Assembly (NCBI GenBank): GCA_010909165.1
Contig: VJWM01000044.1
Location: 2,344,776 to 2,408,775, forward strand
Length of the DNA: 64,000 bases
From: Anthoceros angustus
Taxonomy: Eukaryota; Plantae; Anthocerotophyta
Direction: 5' to 3'
Part shown: positions 32,778-46,247 of the stretch, one piece after another
Position numbering within the stretch: the stretch's first letter is position 1
How the letters are laid out: every line of letters starts with the position of its first letter
Program-made: the position numbers and the translations under genes
Notes under the pieces: model-generated
The model's input: only the letters and a program-made list of their open reading frames with translations
Database searches by the model: none
What the model was told of the DNA's origin: nothing

Positions 32778-33571
32778 CATTGTCGAATACGTGTACTTGT
32801 ATCAAGGAGTGTAGGACACGTTTTCAGGATAGCTAGGGAAACATCGTCTTGCACAAGACGTAGGAACTATGAAACAGAAATTGACCCACGCAGATCGCAC
32901 TCAAGGAAGGGCGGTCAGATGCCGTAAGATTCTGGTTCTTGGAAAGATGCAGCAGCGATAAAATTCAGGACCCCCACCATACCTCGTGAACAACGTTTCA
33001 GAACCAAACAACAAAATTTGAATGTAGAGACCGGATCAACTCTCTGACAAGGAGGCCAACTACTGTACAACGCAAAACTAAGAACGAAGAATTTCAACAA
33101 TGACATCTTTACTTGTCCTTGTATGACAATGCCCCGAACTTTGCAAGCTCCGATTCCCCTGCACTGAAAGAAACAATCACAGCTTCAATGGCTATGGCAC
33201 CTGCATCGCTCCTCCTTCCTCACGCCTATCTTCTATAACCGTACCCACTCGGAATGTTGTACAGTGAGACAAACCCTGATTTACTACCGCATTATTTACA
33301 AACCTCTACAGACTGTGTCAGGATCCTATCGACCTAATAATGTACTTTCCTCCCAAGATCAGACGCTCGTTGTGTCAGCATAGTAAGCATGTTAGACGGG
33401 GGATCAATAAATTGTTGTGGATCTTAGGACACCAACCGTTCGAACAAGGCCGCTACTACTTCCCAACTTCCCCGTGTGCCAGATCGGAGCTGTCTACGTC
33501 CAAAGAATGAATGAAACGGAGTGTAGAATCTACTGTAACGAAACATGATTCTGAGCTCAAAAGAAGGCAGT

Positions 33572-36500
33572 TCAAGTCTCAGTTGGCCGGCAGCTAGTAC
33601 CTGATGTTCCCCTCCGATTTACCAGATCATTTTTCAAGAATCTCTCCAGCAAGGAATGCAATTGCCTTTGATCGAGTGGCTGTAACAAATACAAAACAGC
33701 CCACAAATCAAATGAACATCCTAATGGAACAGGCCGACAAATCAAAGAATCACACTGTTAATATCCAGAATCCGATCACCACTTACTTACCTTCGGTATG
33801 TAGTCATCCATGCCGGCTTTCAGGCAGAGCTCGTGGGTCCCTTTCATAACATCTGCTGTAACAGCAACAACTGGTATCTGGTGATGTGGGCATGTGGTAA
33901 CTCTTACTTTTCCTTCAGATTCCCGACCATTGGTGCAAGACCTGGTTATGGGTTCATTGCCCAAGGAACTCTGGCACAGATTGCAGCTATTGATTTCCCA
34001 CTGGCGAATCCGCCGCGTTGCTTCATAGCCATCCATCTGCCACAAGGATATGTCAATTGTCCATTGGAACCACAAGACAATACACCCTGGTACTTCTACC
34101 GCCTACCCCACCAAAATGCATAGTACCTCTGGCATCTGAATGTCCATCAATATTAAGTCAAAACCAGGCTCCTTCTTCACAGCATCCAGTGCCTCAGAGC
34201 CACCATTTACACAAACAACCAATGCTCCATATCGTGCTAACATTGAGGAAGCAACCTTACGGTTGATTTGGTTGTCATCAACCTGGCAAAAGAATTATAA
34301 CCTTGTCAGGGAATCAGTCAAACCCAGGAGGCTGGTACGAATTTCAGCCAGGAAAGCAAAGCCCAGAATGATGAGCAGGTGGAAGAGGACTAAGGAACAG
34401 ACCACTGAAGCCCTGCTAATAGGTGGAAAAGGACGAGGGAACATACCACTAAAACCCTTTTCTCCATTAGCATCTGCGCATAGGGGTTGACACTCCTCGA
34501 AGGAACTTGAGACTTCAACCCTAGTACCCGTAGCAAGGCAGCAGCTAGAGTTGTGTGTCGCAAAGGGTTGTGCAAAGTGTGAGTGAATCCTGCCTTCTCC
34601 AGCTCTGATTTTTCCACTTTGCTCAGCTGAGAGGTAAGACTTATGAGGGGGAACGCTTGAAGGCCGGGCTTGCTTCTAACAGATCTGGCGAATGACAGTG
34701 CAGACTCTATTTCTGATTTTTGGAAGTCCACTATTGCAGCTTGGAACAGAGGCCTGTCACTTCTGGTACAACCAGCAATTGACCTCAGCATACCTAGGTT
34801 TAACTAACAATGGCTACAGAGGTCCCCAGTATAAGGACCGAAGAAAGCAGGGAGCAAATGTACCATTGTACCTTTGGACCAAGGTTTCAGCAACTCCTGC
34901 ATCTTCACAAGTCTCGACCAGTACACCTAATTTGCGCAGATATGTTACAGCAACTTCCTGCAATGTCGTCCGTCACTGATCAACCTCTGAAGCTGTCATC
35001 TGCTAGTTTTCAGGAATAGCAAACCATCTTTTGATTTTTGTACTTACCCGTCGTATAAAGTGATTGTCAACAAGAATAACCTTCACTCCTTTCAATTTAT
35101 CTTCTTGCGCTTCAGACCGATGTGATCGGCTTAAGTTAGATTCCAGACCATTCAGTAATGTTAATGTGAACTCGAATGTGCTCCCTTCACCTGGTTGACT
35201 CTCCACAGAGAGCTCACCATGCATTAATGTAACTAGTTTCTGCAAAACCAACTCAAACGTCAGATACTGGCTTAACGCTGAACAAAGTACAAGTTCATTC
35301 AAAGCTTAACCGGCTTTCACCCACCTGTGATATAGAAAGACCAATCCCAGTTCCCCCATATTCCCTTGCTGTGCCACTATTTGCTTGTAAGAATGGTTTG
35401 AATAATCGATGATGTAGATGTGAAGGAATGCCGATTCCTGCATCCTATTCCCAGGTTACCTCGTCTGATATTCAAAGACAACGCCACCACTCATCGGACG
35501 TACAACAGGAATGAAACCATACCTGTATCTTCTACTGAGATAATCAATTTCAACTTTTGTGACCCGTCGCCGGAGTCCATATTAGAACTGGGTTGCCAGT
35601 TTCGCCACTTCTTAATGGAATCCTTGTTATTCAATGTAACATCCCGCATGCTCAGCCTTGGTGCCACTTCGTTGTCGTTAGAGAATGACCACAGAAACCC
35701 AGAATCTTCAGCTGGCTTCTGCAAATCTTCTTCTGTATGACTGCCATTCCGGACAGTTGTTGAATCCGATTTAGAGAGAACATAACTTAGTGGCATCAAC
35801 CTTGAGGCAGAGTCCACAGACGGTAAGGATGAGACACTGGAATTTTCAGCTTGAAGGCCTTGCCAGCTCTCATCAACCAAGCGCACACACAAGAAGATGC
35901 TCCCTTGTTTTGTGAACTGTGGAACAAATGAACCATGTACAATGTGAACAAAAACGCGCACAAAGAGGGCAAAAGATAACATCACCACTCATGGTCCTCA
36001 CGAGCAAAGAGCAAGGAAGGTGGTCGATCAAGAATTGCCACCTTGATAGCGTTTCCGACCAGATTGATCAGCACCTGAGAAGGAAGAATGAAGATGTAAG
36101 GATGCAAAGAAAACTTTGAGAACCAGGACTTGCAGGAGGACTAAAGAATACATTGGCCTTCCTGACAATATTGGATGGAAGTATTACCTGGCGAAGCCTT
36201 CCAGGATCTCCAACCAGACATGTGGGTACAGAGTCGTGCACCAATGCAGAGACCTCTATGTTCTTCTGTTGTACCTTATCTTCAAATAATGACAACACAT
36301 CATCAATTTCCAAACGAAGATCGAATGTAACTGATTCTAGCTCCATCCCGCCAGCCTCAATTTTTGACAGGTCCAGCACGTCATTGATAAGAGCTCTGCA
36401 ACGATTGTTCAGGTGAAAGCTTCAGGTGTCTTGGGCAGGAGAACAAGCTACATACAGATAATCACAAGCGATCCAGCATAGGCAATTTTCTAAGGACATA

Positions 36501-38254
36501 TACGTCCATGGTCTTACATGAGAGCATTGCCACTTTGCTGAGCAATCTTCACATATTCCAACTGTTGAGTGGTCAGGTCTGTCCCAAGAAGCAAATTTGT
36601 CATTCCTGCATTAGAAAAGCACCTGGATCAGAAGAGGTCATGGAACTCAGTTCGATTCAAATCCGCCCTAGGTTTGAGAGACTCGCCTATCATTCCATTC
36701 ATTGGAGTCCTGCAGGCAAAGAAACAAGTAAACTCATGAGGCTATTACAAAAGAGTCCTGTACCCAAATCAGATGATAGTTACATTTTTCTTCTCACCAA
36801 AAACCTTAAGTCTACATAAAGTATATTGTCACCTGATTTACCTGATTTCATGGGACACAGTGGCCAGAAAACTAGACTTGGCTTTGTCTGCAGCTTCAGC
36901 AGCCTGCTTTGCTACTTTCAAATCCTCATTCAGCTTTTCCATCTCGGTGACATCTCCCTGCACTGCTTGCAACCGCTTCATGACCAAGAAGACTATGATG
37001 GAGCTAAGCAGAATGAATATCATCATGAGCAGTGGCCATGCGATGATAGATCTCAGTGCAAACACATGAATGTTGTATTTCGCATAGCACTTGAGGTTGA
37101 AGCTCTGGAACCCAAAGGTCCAAGAGATCAGTGCAGTGGGTTTTTCTCCTTGTCTCACAGGGTTCCCGTAAATGAGAACATCACAGTCAGGATCAGCAGG
37201 AGTACAATTATGGCTTGGAAGGTAGTCCTCAGACTTCTGCGGTACATATGCTGCTGACAGATCCATGTTGATATCGTCTTCATACCTGGAGAGAACTGCA
37301 GAGAAGAGATCATAGATGTCCAAGGACACTCCTACATACCCCAAGCAACCCTGCCTTCGCTCATCAACCGTTGATAAAGATGACGGGTGCCAATCACGGC
37401 CATAGAAAGGCAGATACACCCCAATCCTCCATATTCCTCTGTACTTGTCAGGTGCTGACATTGACATACTCCCTGTGTCCCTGGCTCTCTCCACCGCGGT
37501 CCTGATTATTGGTATAGACATAGGATCCATCATAGTAATGTTCTGAACCTGCCTCGCTATAAACAAGATAGGCGCGTATTCCGTATCTTTTGCCCGTATT
37601 TTCGGATTAAGGTTCGGGTCGAATCCGAGAATGGGACCATTCCATTTCTTCTCAAAGGCAGCCCTGTCTTGATCAAGCACTCTTTGCATGTAAAATAGCG
37701 TTTTTACGTTAGGCCGAAGATACTCGGAATAGCTGGTGAACGCGAGCCACGACTGCTCGTTGATCTCCTCCACAACATTCAACAAGCCGACGATGACAAA
37801 AGAAGTGTTCAAACTGTTGGCCATTTCTGCTTTCATGACCTGCCATCCAATCCCCCAATAAGTCACATTATGCTACAGCCTTCACAAAGTGGGGACAAGA
37901 GCATCATACTGAGAGGAAAAAAGACAACATTCCTAACAACATATCGTTCCCAAGGTAAACGTGGTCAGCTTCATGGACTCAACGATAATTCAAAGTTGTT
38001 TCAAATGCATAATCGTCGGCCATTATCACACTTCCCAACAGGACTGGACGCGCAGAACTCGTGATCACCTGCTTCCGATTGATGCATCGGAGCCTGAATT
38101 CCTGCTCCTTGTCGTTCAAAGCATTTTGGTACAGTATAATTCCCACAACGATAGCAAACACCCATCCCGCAACCACACATGTGACCTGCACAACCAGTGC
38201 CTTAGATCTCTTCCGCCCGCGACATCTGGGACCCGCTCCGACTCCCAAAGCCAT
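33572..38254 (-). CDS. CHK: CHASE-domain hybrid histidine kinase (putative cytokinin receptor, non-classical subfamily), multi-exon
   Basis: TM1 ([19 protein letters not shown]), CHASE exon (EYAPILF...MMDPMS...ERARDTG), TM2, H-box [41 protein letters not shown], receiver [11 protein letters not shown]...[13 protein letters not shown]...[10 protein letters not shown]. Start codon uncertain. Confidence 0.92.
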
Positions 38255-39499
38255 TCCGCAATCCCTGAAAAAATCTTAAGACCCCGGCACCTGCCTCCGC
38301 ACTCCATGTGAGGTTACATCCCACTCCAGCTGAGTTTCTTGAATTTCACAGAGCAGCTTCATCCACCTCCAGACTCCCATATCTCACATTCATCATCCCC
38401 CTGAGCCGCGTCGGCGACAATCCCTCCCTGCTCGCAGCCCTGGTGCCGTCATCCATCCCATCCATCTCCCAATCCCGCACAATTGGCCTCTCCCCACTCC
38501 ACCCTGTGCAGAATTCACCTTCTCGCCTTCCCTCTTGGAATCCACGCTCGGACGAGCTGCCCCAGCCACGATTCAGCTACCCCAGCCTCCCCCTCCTCCC
38601 AGCAGCCCCACAATTGTCGCCCACGAGTTCCAGTCGGAGGATTGAACACGAATCTTGCTCCAAATCCAGCTGAACCGCCGGCGAGAGATCCTTAGCCAGG
38701 CAACGGAAGAGGCGGTGCATGCGCAAGTACGGTCCGCAGCAAAGTGGGAGAGTCAAGGCATGGAATTGACTGATCCCAGCTATGCCGATTCCCGATTTCC
38801 GGCAGCCTGCTTCCAGGCTCGCAGCATTGCCCAGGAGGCGAGCTGCAGTGACAGCGAATCTTCTATTCCAGCCCAACACAGTTTGCGTTTCGGCCGCGTT
38901 ACGGGAACCAGCGGAATGGACAGGGCCGGGTCCGGGTCCCGGCGCCGACCGGTCACCGCCGGGTTTCCCGAAGAGTCGCATTGGGCTTGCCTTCCTCAAC
39001 TGCCGTAATGACCTGAATCAAGCTTTCTCCTTCACACGACCTGAGACAGACCCGTATCGTATCCTTACGTGCGTTCTCCTTTTTCCCTCGGCGCGCATTG
39101 CCATTCCCATGGCTGTTGCCATTGTCATTCTGTCATTCAATAATTTTATGAATATCCTTTTGATTCTCTACATGACATGCCTGACTACCCATTGGGCCAT
39201 TTCACTTTCGAAATGCGGTTAGCTGCGCGGATGTACTTTGCCTATCACCCACCCACCGCCTCACACGTGTACTTCCACGCGTCACGCCGTTGCTGTAGGG
39301 CGGCACACAGGTCGCCACGCGTTGTGCCTCACCTGGCGTTTTTTGGACAATCCCCGCTGCATTTTGGGACTACATCTAAGACTATGCAATTCAGGCCCAT
39401 CACAAACCACAAACTTGCACAAACTTGCACTTGCGATATGATCACAGCTCTTTGAGAATAAGCTTACATTATTATTTCATTTTAATTTGATCATACCGT

Positions 39500-39950
39500 G
39501 AGAAGGTTACGTGTTCACTGTTAAGGAAAAGCCCGGTAAGCAAAGATCACACTACTTAAGTTCGTTGAAAAGTGACATGGAGTTCATGTCCTCACTTGAA
39601 AGAGTGATACTTGAGTTCATTGGACAAAGGACAATCCTTCTTTCTTTGTGTTCCATGCTGGAGAAAAACTTCATCATTCATGATGGACCACGAGGGTCCC
39701 AACATAAACAACACCTCAAACTTCCATAGCTTGAAGTTTTCACCATGATATGTAAGGTCCTCAAAGCCTTGAGCCTCTCACCTTCTGGCTCCCCAACCCC
39801 TCAGAACATTGTAGCCAAAGTTTTTGTCAAAGTTCTCTCCATCCTCTAACAACTCTCTCCCAATGTCTTCGATAGTTGAGGTAATGCTTCCATCCATTTC
39901 CGGAAGTCGTGCATCTACGCTGGGAACCTGAACCCGAAATTGAATTGATG
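39500..39950 (-). mobile_element. Probable decayed copia gag remnant
   Basis: Minus-strand GENFKLWKFEVLFML resembles the copia gag N-terminal motif; in-frame stops nearby. Confidence 0.35.
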
Positions 39951-40912
39951 AGAATGTTTGGCCATCTTTGATTCGATTCTACACTTGCTATATCTCATAA
40001 GGAGGACACAAAATCAGATCTAGTTTAAACGCATGACATCAACCCTCGGCCTCATGCTTGGCATGCAAGCTTGGAATATAGTGCTCTCCTCTCATATCAA
40101 CCCATAGACACGAGCCACATGAGTGACCGGCTTAAGATTCACTTATTTTCACATTTGGATAGATATTGCCACACAAGTTACCAGGTTAATAACCATCTAT
40201 TTTTCCAATCCCACATTAGGAATCATTGTCAAAGCGCATATGGTGTTAGCACTAAATCTTGCATGGCATATCAAGTATCAGAATCTAAATGCAAATACAT
40301 TACCTCTATAGAGGTGTTAGCCCACCAACATCTATATTTGCTGAGATATTTATATCTACATTGAAGATATTATTATTAACCACTAGCCAACACCTACATT
40401 TACAGAGATATTAGCTTGCTTGGGCAGCGTAAGATCCAACACATCCAGGAAGAAGCATTGTCACAAAATATTACAAGAAATATAATATTAAACAATGAAA
40501 TATCTGAAGCTCAAAATCCAGATGCGTACAGAAACACCATGTGGGTTCGCCACGTGGCGGGCAAAGCAGGAGTAGAGTAGTGCGCGTCAACTGCTTCGAT
40601 GGAAAACGACGCCAACGAGGAAGGAACCGTCTTTGCAGGGCCTGGCTGGTGTTGGGTCCTGGTGCATCAAACGTTCCAATTTCGATTTCCTGGAAATTTC
40701 GTGTCTCTGCACCTCCTGATCCAGTCTGACTCCGGCTGTTGCGTCACGCCGACTGCGCTCCTCGCTGCTGACTTTCGACGAGCGAATTCCGACGTCCTGC
40801 CTTCAAGATCGATACATGCTACCCCTCAGAGCCCCTACGGATGTCTGGGCTGCACCGGTAACTTGTCCGGCCCGCGCCCCGTGGGAGCTGCAAGCATAAC
40901 AAAGGCGGCTTG

Positions 40913-42614
40913 ATGATGAGAACAGGAATTCGCACAGCGGCCAATTGGCTTCGCGGGCTTTCGCTGCTGCTGCTGCTGCTGCTGCTTTTGTCAGGCACCT
41001 CAGGGCGGGGTGCTGCTCAGGCACAGGAGGCCGTGAAAGGGGCGTATTGGAATTCAGGCTCCGCCAGCCTGCAACCCCCGGGGACCATTGCCAGCAACCT
41101 GTTCACCCACTTGTTCTTTGCGTTCGTGGAAGTCGACAACGTCACCTTCCAAGTGGTTCCCGGCAATCCTGTGACTTCGCAGCAGCTCTCCGGGTTCAGC
41201 CAAGCTGTGAAGGCGAATAACCCTGCTGTCAAGTCCTTGATTTCCATCGGAGGAAATCCGGACGTGCTGGGTAACATGACTGCCAAGCCTGGGTTGCGGT
41301 CCGTGTTTATAAACAGCTCGATTGCTCTGGCCCGGGGCAACGGGTTTGATGGCTTGGACTTGGACTACGAGAACCCGAAAACCGCTGAGAATATGAAGCT
41401 GTATGGGGAGCTCTTGGAGGAGTGGAGAGCTGCTGTGGTGGCAGAAGGTGTGGCCACGAATCGGAGTGCTTTGCTGCTCACTGCCGCTGTTTATTATGCC
41501 TCGTCTTTCATCTACGGGGATGGCAGAGCTTACCCAGTTTCCTCCATGGCAAGTAGCCTGGATTTTGCCAACCTCATGCTGTACGACTTGCACGGTAGCT
41601 GGGAGAAGAAGGTGGTTAACTACAATGCGCCTCTGTTTGCCTCCGGGGAGCTGAGTGCAAGCTACGGGGTCCAGTCGTGGCTTCTTGCTGGTTTTCCGCC
41701 CTCGAAGCTGGTTTTCGGGATCCCGTCGTATGGTATTTCCTGGATATTGGCAGACGTGGCCAACCACACTATTGGTTCTGCTGCCATAGGTCTAGGGACA
41801 CCGCAGGATGTTAGTGGGGAACCTGGGCTGTTTCTGTATAGGGAGGTGGTGGAGTTTTCGAACAAGGAGGGGGTGACGACGGTGTATGACAATCAGAGTG
41901 TATCATCATGTGCTTATGATACAACTGGCCTGTGGGTTGGCTTTGACAGTCCGGAGTCAGTGCTTGACAAGATCAAGTATGCGAAGAGATGGAATATGAG
42001 AGGATATTACTTCTGGGCAGTGAACTACGACGATGCCCAGTGGACGATGTCCAAAACAGGTACTGCGTTCTTCCATGTTCCGCTCACCCAACTGCTGTGT
42101 TTCTGGTTCTTGGTTCTGTGGCGTTTCATGTGGTTGCATCTGATGATCATCTTCCATTTTCTCCTGGCTAGCATTTGATCCTAGCCAATTGGAAGCTGAT
42201 ATTAGACCTTCAAGTTGTGCCGACTTGGGATGCTTTCTTGACATGTGAAGAACACATCAGAACCTTGATCCTGAAACTAACAGTGAACATTCTGACCGGA
42301 CCTAGGTAATCCACCCCCTTGCACTGTCTGATGTATGCCCCTTCAGATAATCAGACTTTCATACTGCCTGCCATGCCCATCACCTGATGTTCCGAGGCAG
42401 CATAAGAAACGGACAATGTGTTTCGTCTGGCCCTTCTCACCTGCAGAGTGGCTGTGTGGAAAATGTTGCAGCATCCAATGCCTTGGACGGGGATGTTCCA
42501 CTTCCAGCTCCTCCACCCGACAGCTCATCATCTCCGGCTTTGCTGGCATCTGGAGTCGGTCTTGTGTGGACATCGTGCATGGTGTTGCTCATGTTTCAGG
42601 GGCTGGTCTGCTGA
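40913..42614 (+). CDS. GH18 class V chitinase with signal peptide and putative GPI-anchor tail; exons 40913-42059 and 42472-42614
   Basis: KGAYW, FTHLFFAF, LISIGG, catalytic FDGLDLDYE, NLMLYDLHGSW, KLVFGIPSYG, GYYFWAVNYDD; phase-1 intron joins SKT to ASNALDG...PAPPPDSSSS followed by a terminal hydrophobic tail. Confidence 0.9.
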
Positions 42615-44773
42615 TAGAGAAGAAGAAGAAGAATTTTATTGAAGTCCACCAAGGACGGATTTCCGTCATGGGACTTGGTACTTAACAACTTGGACCATGG
42701 TGTGCCTCAGCTACTCGCACCAAGGGCATCCACTCCCTTCTAAGTACCTATCTAAGCGCAGGATGCTTAATAAGCACTTTCTTATAAATGTGTGTCCATT
42801 TGGCCTAAGCCATTTGGACAAAACACGACAATTTGGACATTTGGACTAGTCTATTTGGATAGGCTCACGACAATCGCAAAACAGCCTAGAACAAGAATAG
42901 CAGTTGACACATTCATTTTTGGCAAGGCAATTCGGTCATCCACAGCCCTTTCGACTATGATTGGTAGGTTTCGTCAGTACTCCTGCTACCCATTTGGAAC
43001 ATAAGTTTGCCACGGATTCCTAATCTACCTCAAACCCCAGGAATCAGGATGCTTGCAAGCCGACCTCCACAACTTCACACTTGTCTTAACCGGGGAACGA
43101 GACCAGTGGACCATGATGAACGTGCTAATAAATATCCTCGGATCCTGTGCCTTGCCACTGTGTGCATACTTTAGCTCTAGCGTCCCTTTTGATTTGCTAT
43201 GTAGTCACACAGTGACAAGCACAGTCACCCAAGAATCGGCCCCACCCTCGCCTACAGTTACTTCAGATCTCGATGGCATGTGCTCCAATACGCTGTCGTC
43301 TATCAGGTCTCCCGGTAGCTCCAGCTGTGGGAAGGCAAACTTGCACCTCTATGGACAATTCGCAAAATAGCATTGGATCTATTGATTTATGACTGCGCAC
43401 ATGTCATTGAGCCAACTGGAGAACGACATTCGTTCCGTCACTCACGCACGATGTTAAGGCACTGTCAAACACAGTCACACGAGAGCAGTAACCAGGGCAC
43501 TGAAGCTTTGAGCTTGCAGCGGCTATCTATTTCGCTCCTGGGTAAAGCATCTCTCACTATGCAACATGTCACACATACGAGGCTTGTGAAACATACGAAG
43601 GCAAGAAGAACTGCTACACCATCTCCTTTGTCTCCAGCAGTGAGAAGGCGACAAGAGAGGTGGGTTCCTGATGAGTCTGATTTTCGTGTCTGTTTCGGTT
43701 CCACACCTACAAGCGCGGATGGATCTGGGGAGTCGCAATGCACCAGTTTCAGAATTGGTAATCATAGCCACACATGTTCGCTAGATCGTGTCGGGAGGTT
43801 CAGTCATTCCGTTGCTTTTTGTTTTCCTCCTGTTGCCTTCAACTAGGGGGAAAATTAGCACGTACAACAGCGTAGGCTTCATCCTTAGCAGGCCACATAC
43901 GTCCAGGACTCCAGACCTTAGATAATGTCACCTGTGCTGGAATTTTTGTCACCTTCACAAGGAGCTATGAGGACAGGGGACCTTAAGTAATGTCACCTAT
44001 GCCGGATTTTTGTCAACTTCACAAAGAACTATGTATGAAGAAAGGAGCTGTAGCCAAGCCCGTCGGAAGGTGGAATACTTATCTCCTCAAACCTACGAGA
44101 TGGATTCATGGGCCAACTGCAGGACCTACGGGACTACAGAGGACCCTAAACCTTGGAAGCCAGGGAATTTCAGACCTGCTGCTACCCTCAATCAGCTCCA
44201 ACCGGTCTGCAATTTCCTAGGTCTACATCTACAGCTGTGTAGCTGTGTGTGGTATCGTGCACAGTGTCAACACTTCGATGGTTGGTCTGCTGACAAAGTC
44301 TCGACAGTCTCGACAATCGCAACAGAAGCCACAGCACATTGCTAGGAGTCGAGAGATACAGTTTTGGACATGTTCCAAGAGGGCTATCAGTGACTTTCAC
44401 ATGCACTCGGTGGGTACTGTGGCGCTTTCTCGCTGTTGTGGGTTTCTGATTCGACTCTCACACGTCCAAGGCTCTCGACATCTTGAGGAGTCGAATTACC
44501 GTAAAGTTTTGTGAGCACAGTGCTCCCAAGAGACCAGGATGCCTGCAATCGCGGCTGCTCGTAAAGCCGAGCAAGTGTCGCAGTGGGCCATCCCAGTGCT
44601 GCACAAACGTGTTAAATCCTCATCCATAGCAGCTGCTGTGCCCTTTCGCTACTTTTGGATATCTTTAGCCCTGGGTCCCTATCCGTTCTGCAGGTCATCC
44701 AAATCTGTGTCTCGGTGTTGGCCTCTACAGTTTGCATCCATTCCAGAATCATCCCAGTCTGCAGTTGAGCTCG

Positions 44774-46247
44774 ATGGCGCTGTGCTTCAAGACGCTGCCG
44801 GGTCTCAAGCCGGCGGCCTGCAGCTCGAAGCTGCGGTCCAATGCGGTCACATCCAGAATCTCAGCAGCACAGTGCTCTTACCGTGTGACATGTTCGTCAT
44901 GGAATGAAGAGGATCGGCAATGCGGCATGCATACCGCAGGTGAGTGTGTTTGATTTTATTGAGTGGGGAGTTGGTGGTGATTTTTGCTCACAAGGAGAGT
45001 TTTGTTGGGAAGTTTAATGGCCAGCATTGGTGAAGAGTGGATGCAGACACCAACGCATGGAAGAAAGCCATCGCTGCTGCTGTTGCGGTAGTAGTCATCG
45101 GCACAGATCTACAAGCTGGAGCTGCGTTGAATAAATTTGAGGAGGGCACTCGAGGGGAATTTGGTATCGGATCCGCTGCGCAATATGGGTCTGCTGACTT
45201 AAGGTGCTCTCTCATTATCCTGTTGCATCAGCCTGCCAGTCAATTTTGCCGGAGGGATCACTGCCCACCATGGCATTACTTGTGTGCTTACAGTCTGAAT
45301 TGTGAGTTTCTGATATTGCAGGAAGACCAATCATGCCAACGAAAACTTCAGGTGACCGGTCCTTTCCTGCAGACTGCATACTCTCCAAGTAGGAGTGTGT
45401 CTTGTGGACAACAAATTCACGGGCAAGTGATGTTTCAGGAGAGCCAATTTCACATCAGCAGACATGAGGGAAGCGGATTTCAGCGGGTGCACGTTCAATG
45501 GAGCCTATCTGGAGAAGATTGTCGCCTTCAAGACAAACTTTCAGGGTAAGGGAAAGATCCTATTGTCCTGTTATGTGGCTAAGCAGGTTCGATTCGCAGA
45601 AGATTGCAGTATGCATACCCGTTTCCTTACTTGCCTGCAAGATTGACCGCGGCCATATCGTGCAATGCAGGGGCGGATTTGAGTGACACATTGATCGACC
45701 GATCGGTAGGTGCTGTAGCATCAGTGTGACAACTTGACTGAGCCTGTGACCACCAATGCTGTAGGGAGGTTGATCTTCCAGATCTTGTGGTGATCCAGAC
45801 TAGCTCATCCCCTCAGCCTGTGATGTGTAGGTGCTCAATGAAGCGGACCTGTCCAATGCTCTCCTTGTCAGGGCAGTTTTGACTCGAAGCGATTTAGGAC
45901 TTGCGAAAATCGATGGTGCTGACTTCAGCGACGCCGTTTTGGACCTTCCTCAAAAGCAGGTAAGGTGTGAAGTATGGATGGATTTGTTCAGGAGCTTTGT
46001 GAAAGTCACTCAGATGGTGGGTTCTGTCTCTCTCGGATGGTGTCAGGCACTCTGCAAATATGCCAGTGGAACGAACCCCGTGACAGGCATGAGTACAAGA
46101 AAGAGCCTGGGGTGTGGTAATGCTCGTCGAAATGCTTACGGCACCCCATCTGCCCCTGAGCTGAGTGCTCCTGCACCGTTGTTGCTGGACAAGAATGGTT
46201 TCTGTGACAATTCAACTGGTCTATGTGATGGCACAGGACTGAAATGA
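44774..46247 (+). CDS. TL20.3: Thylakoid lumenal pentapeptide-repeat protein (TL20.3 type), multi-exon
   Basis: Bipartite transit peptide; RGEFGIGSAAQYGSADL, RANFTSADMREADFSG, VLTRSDLG, ALCKYASGTNPVTG...RKSLGCGNARRNAYG...GFCDNSTGLC. Confidence 0.92.

Noticed and set aside
42060-42178. Hydrophobic read-through tail of the 422-aa chitinase ORF as a transmembrane anchor
   Set aside because: It starts at a canonical donor (AG/GTACTG) exactly where class V domains end; splicing to 42472 gives the expected ASxA continuation, so this is intron.
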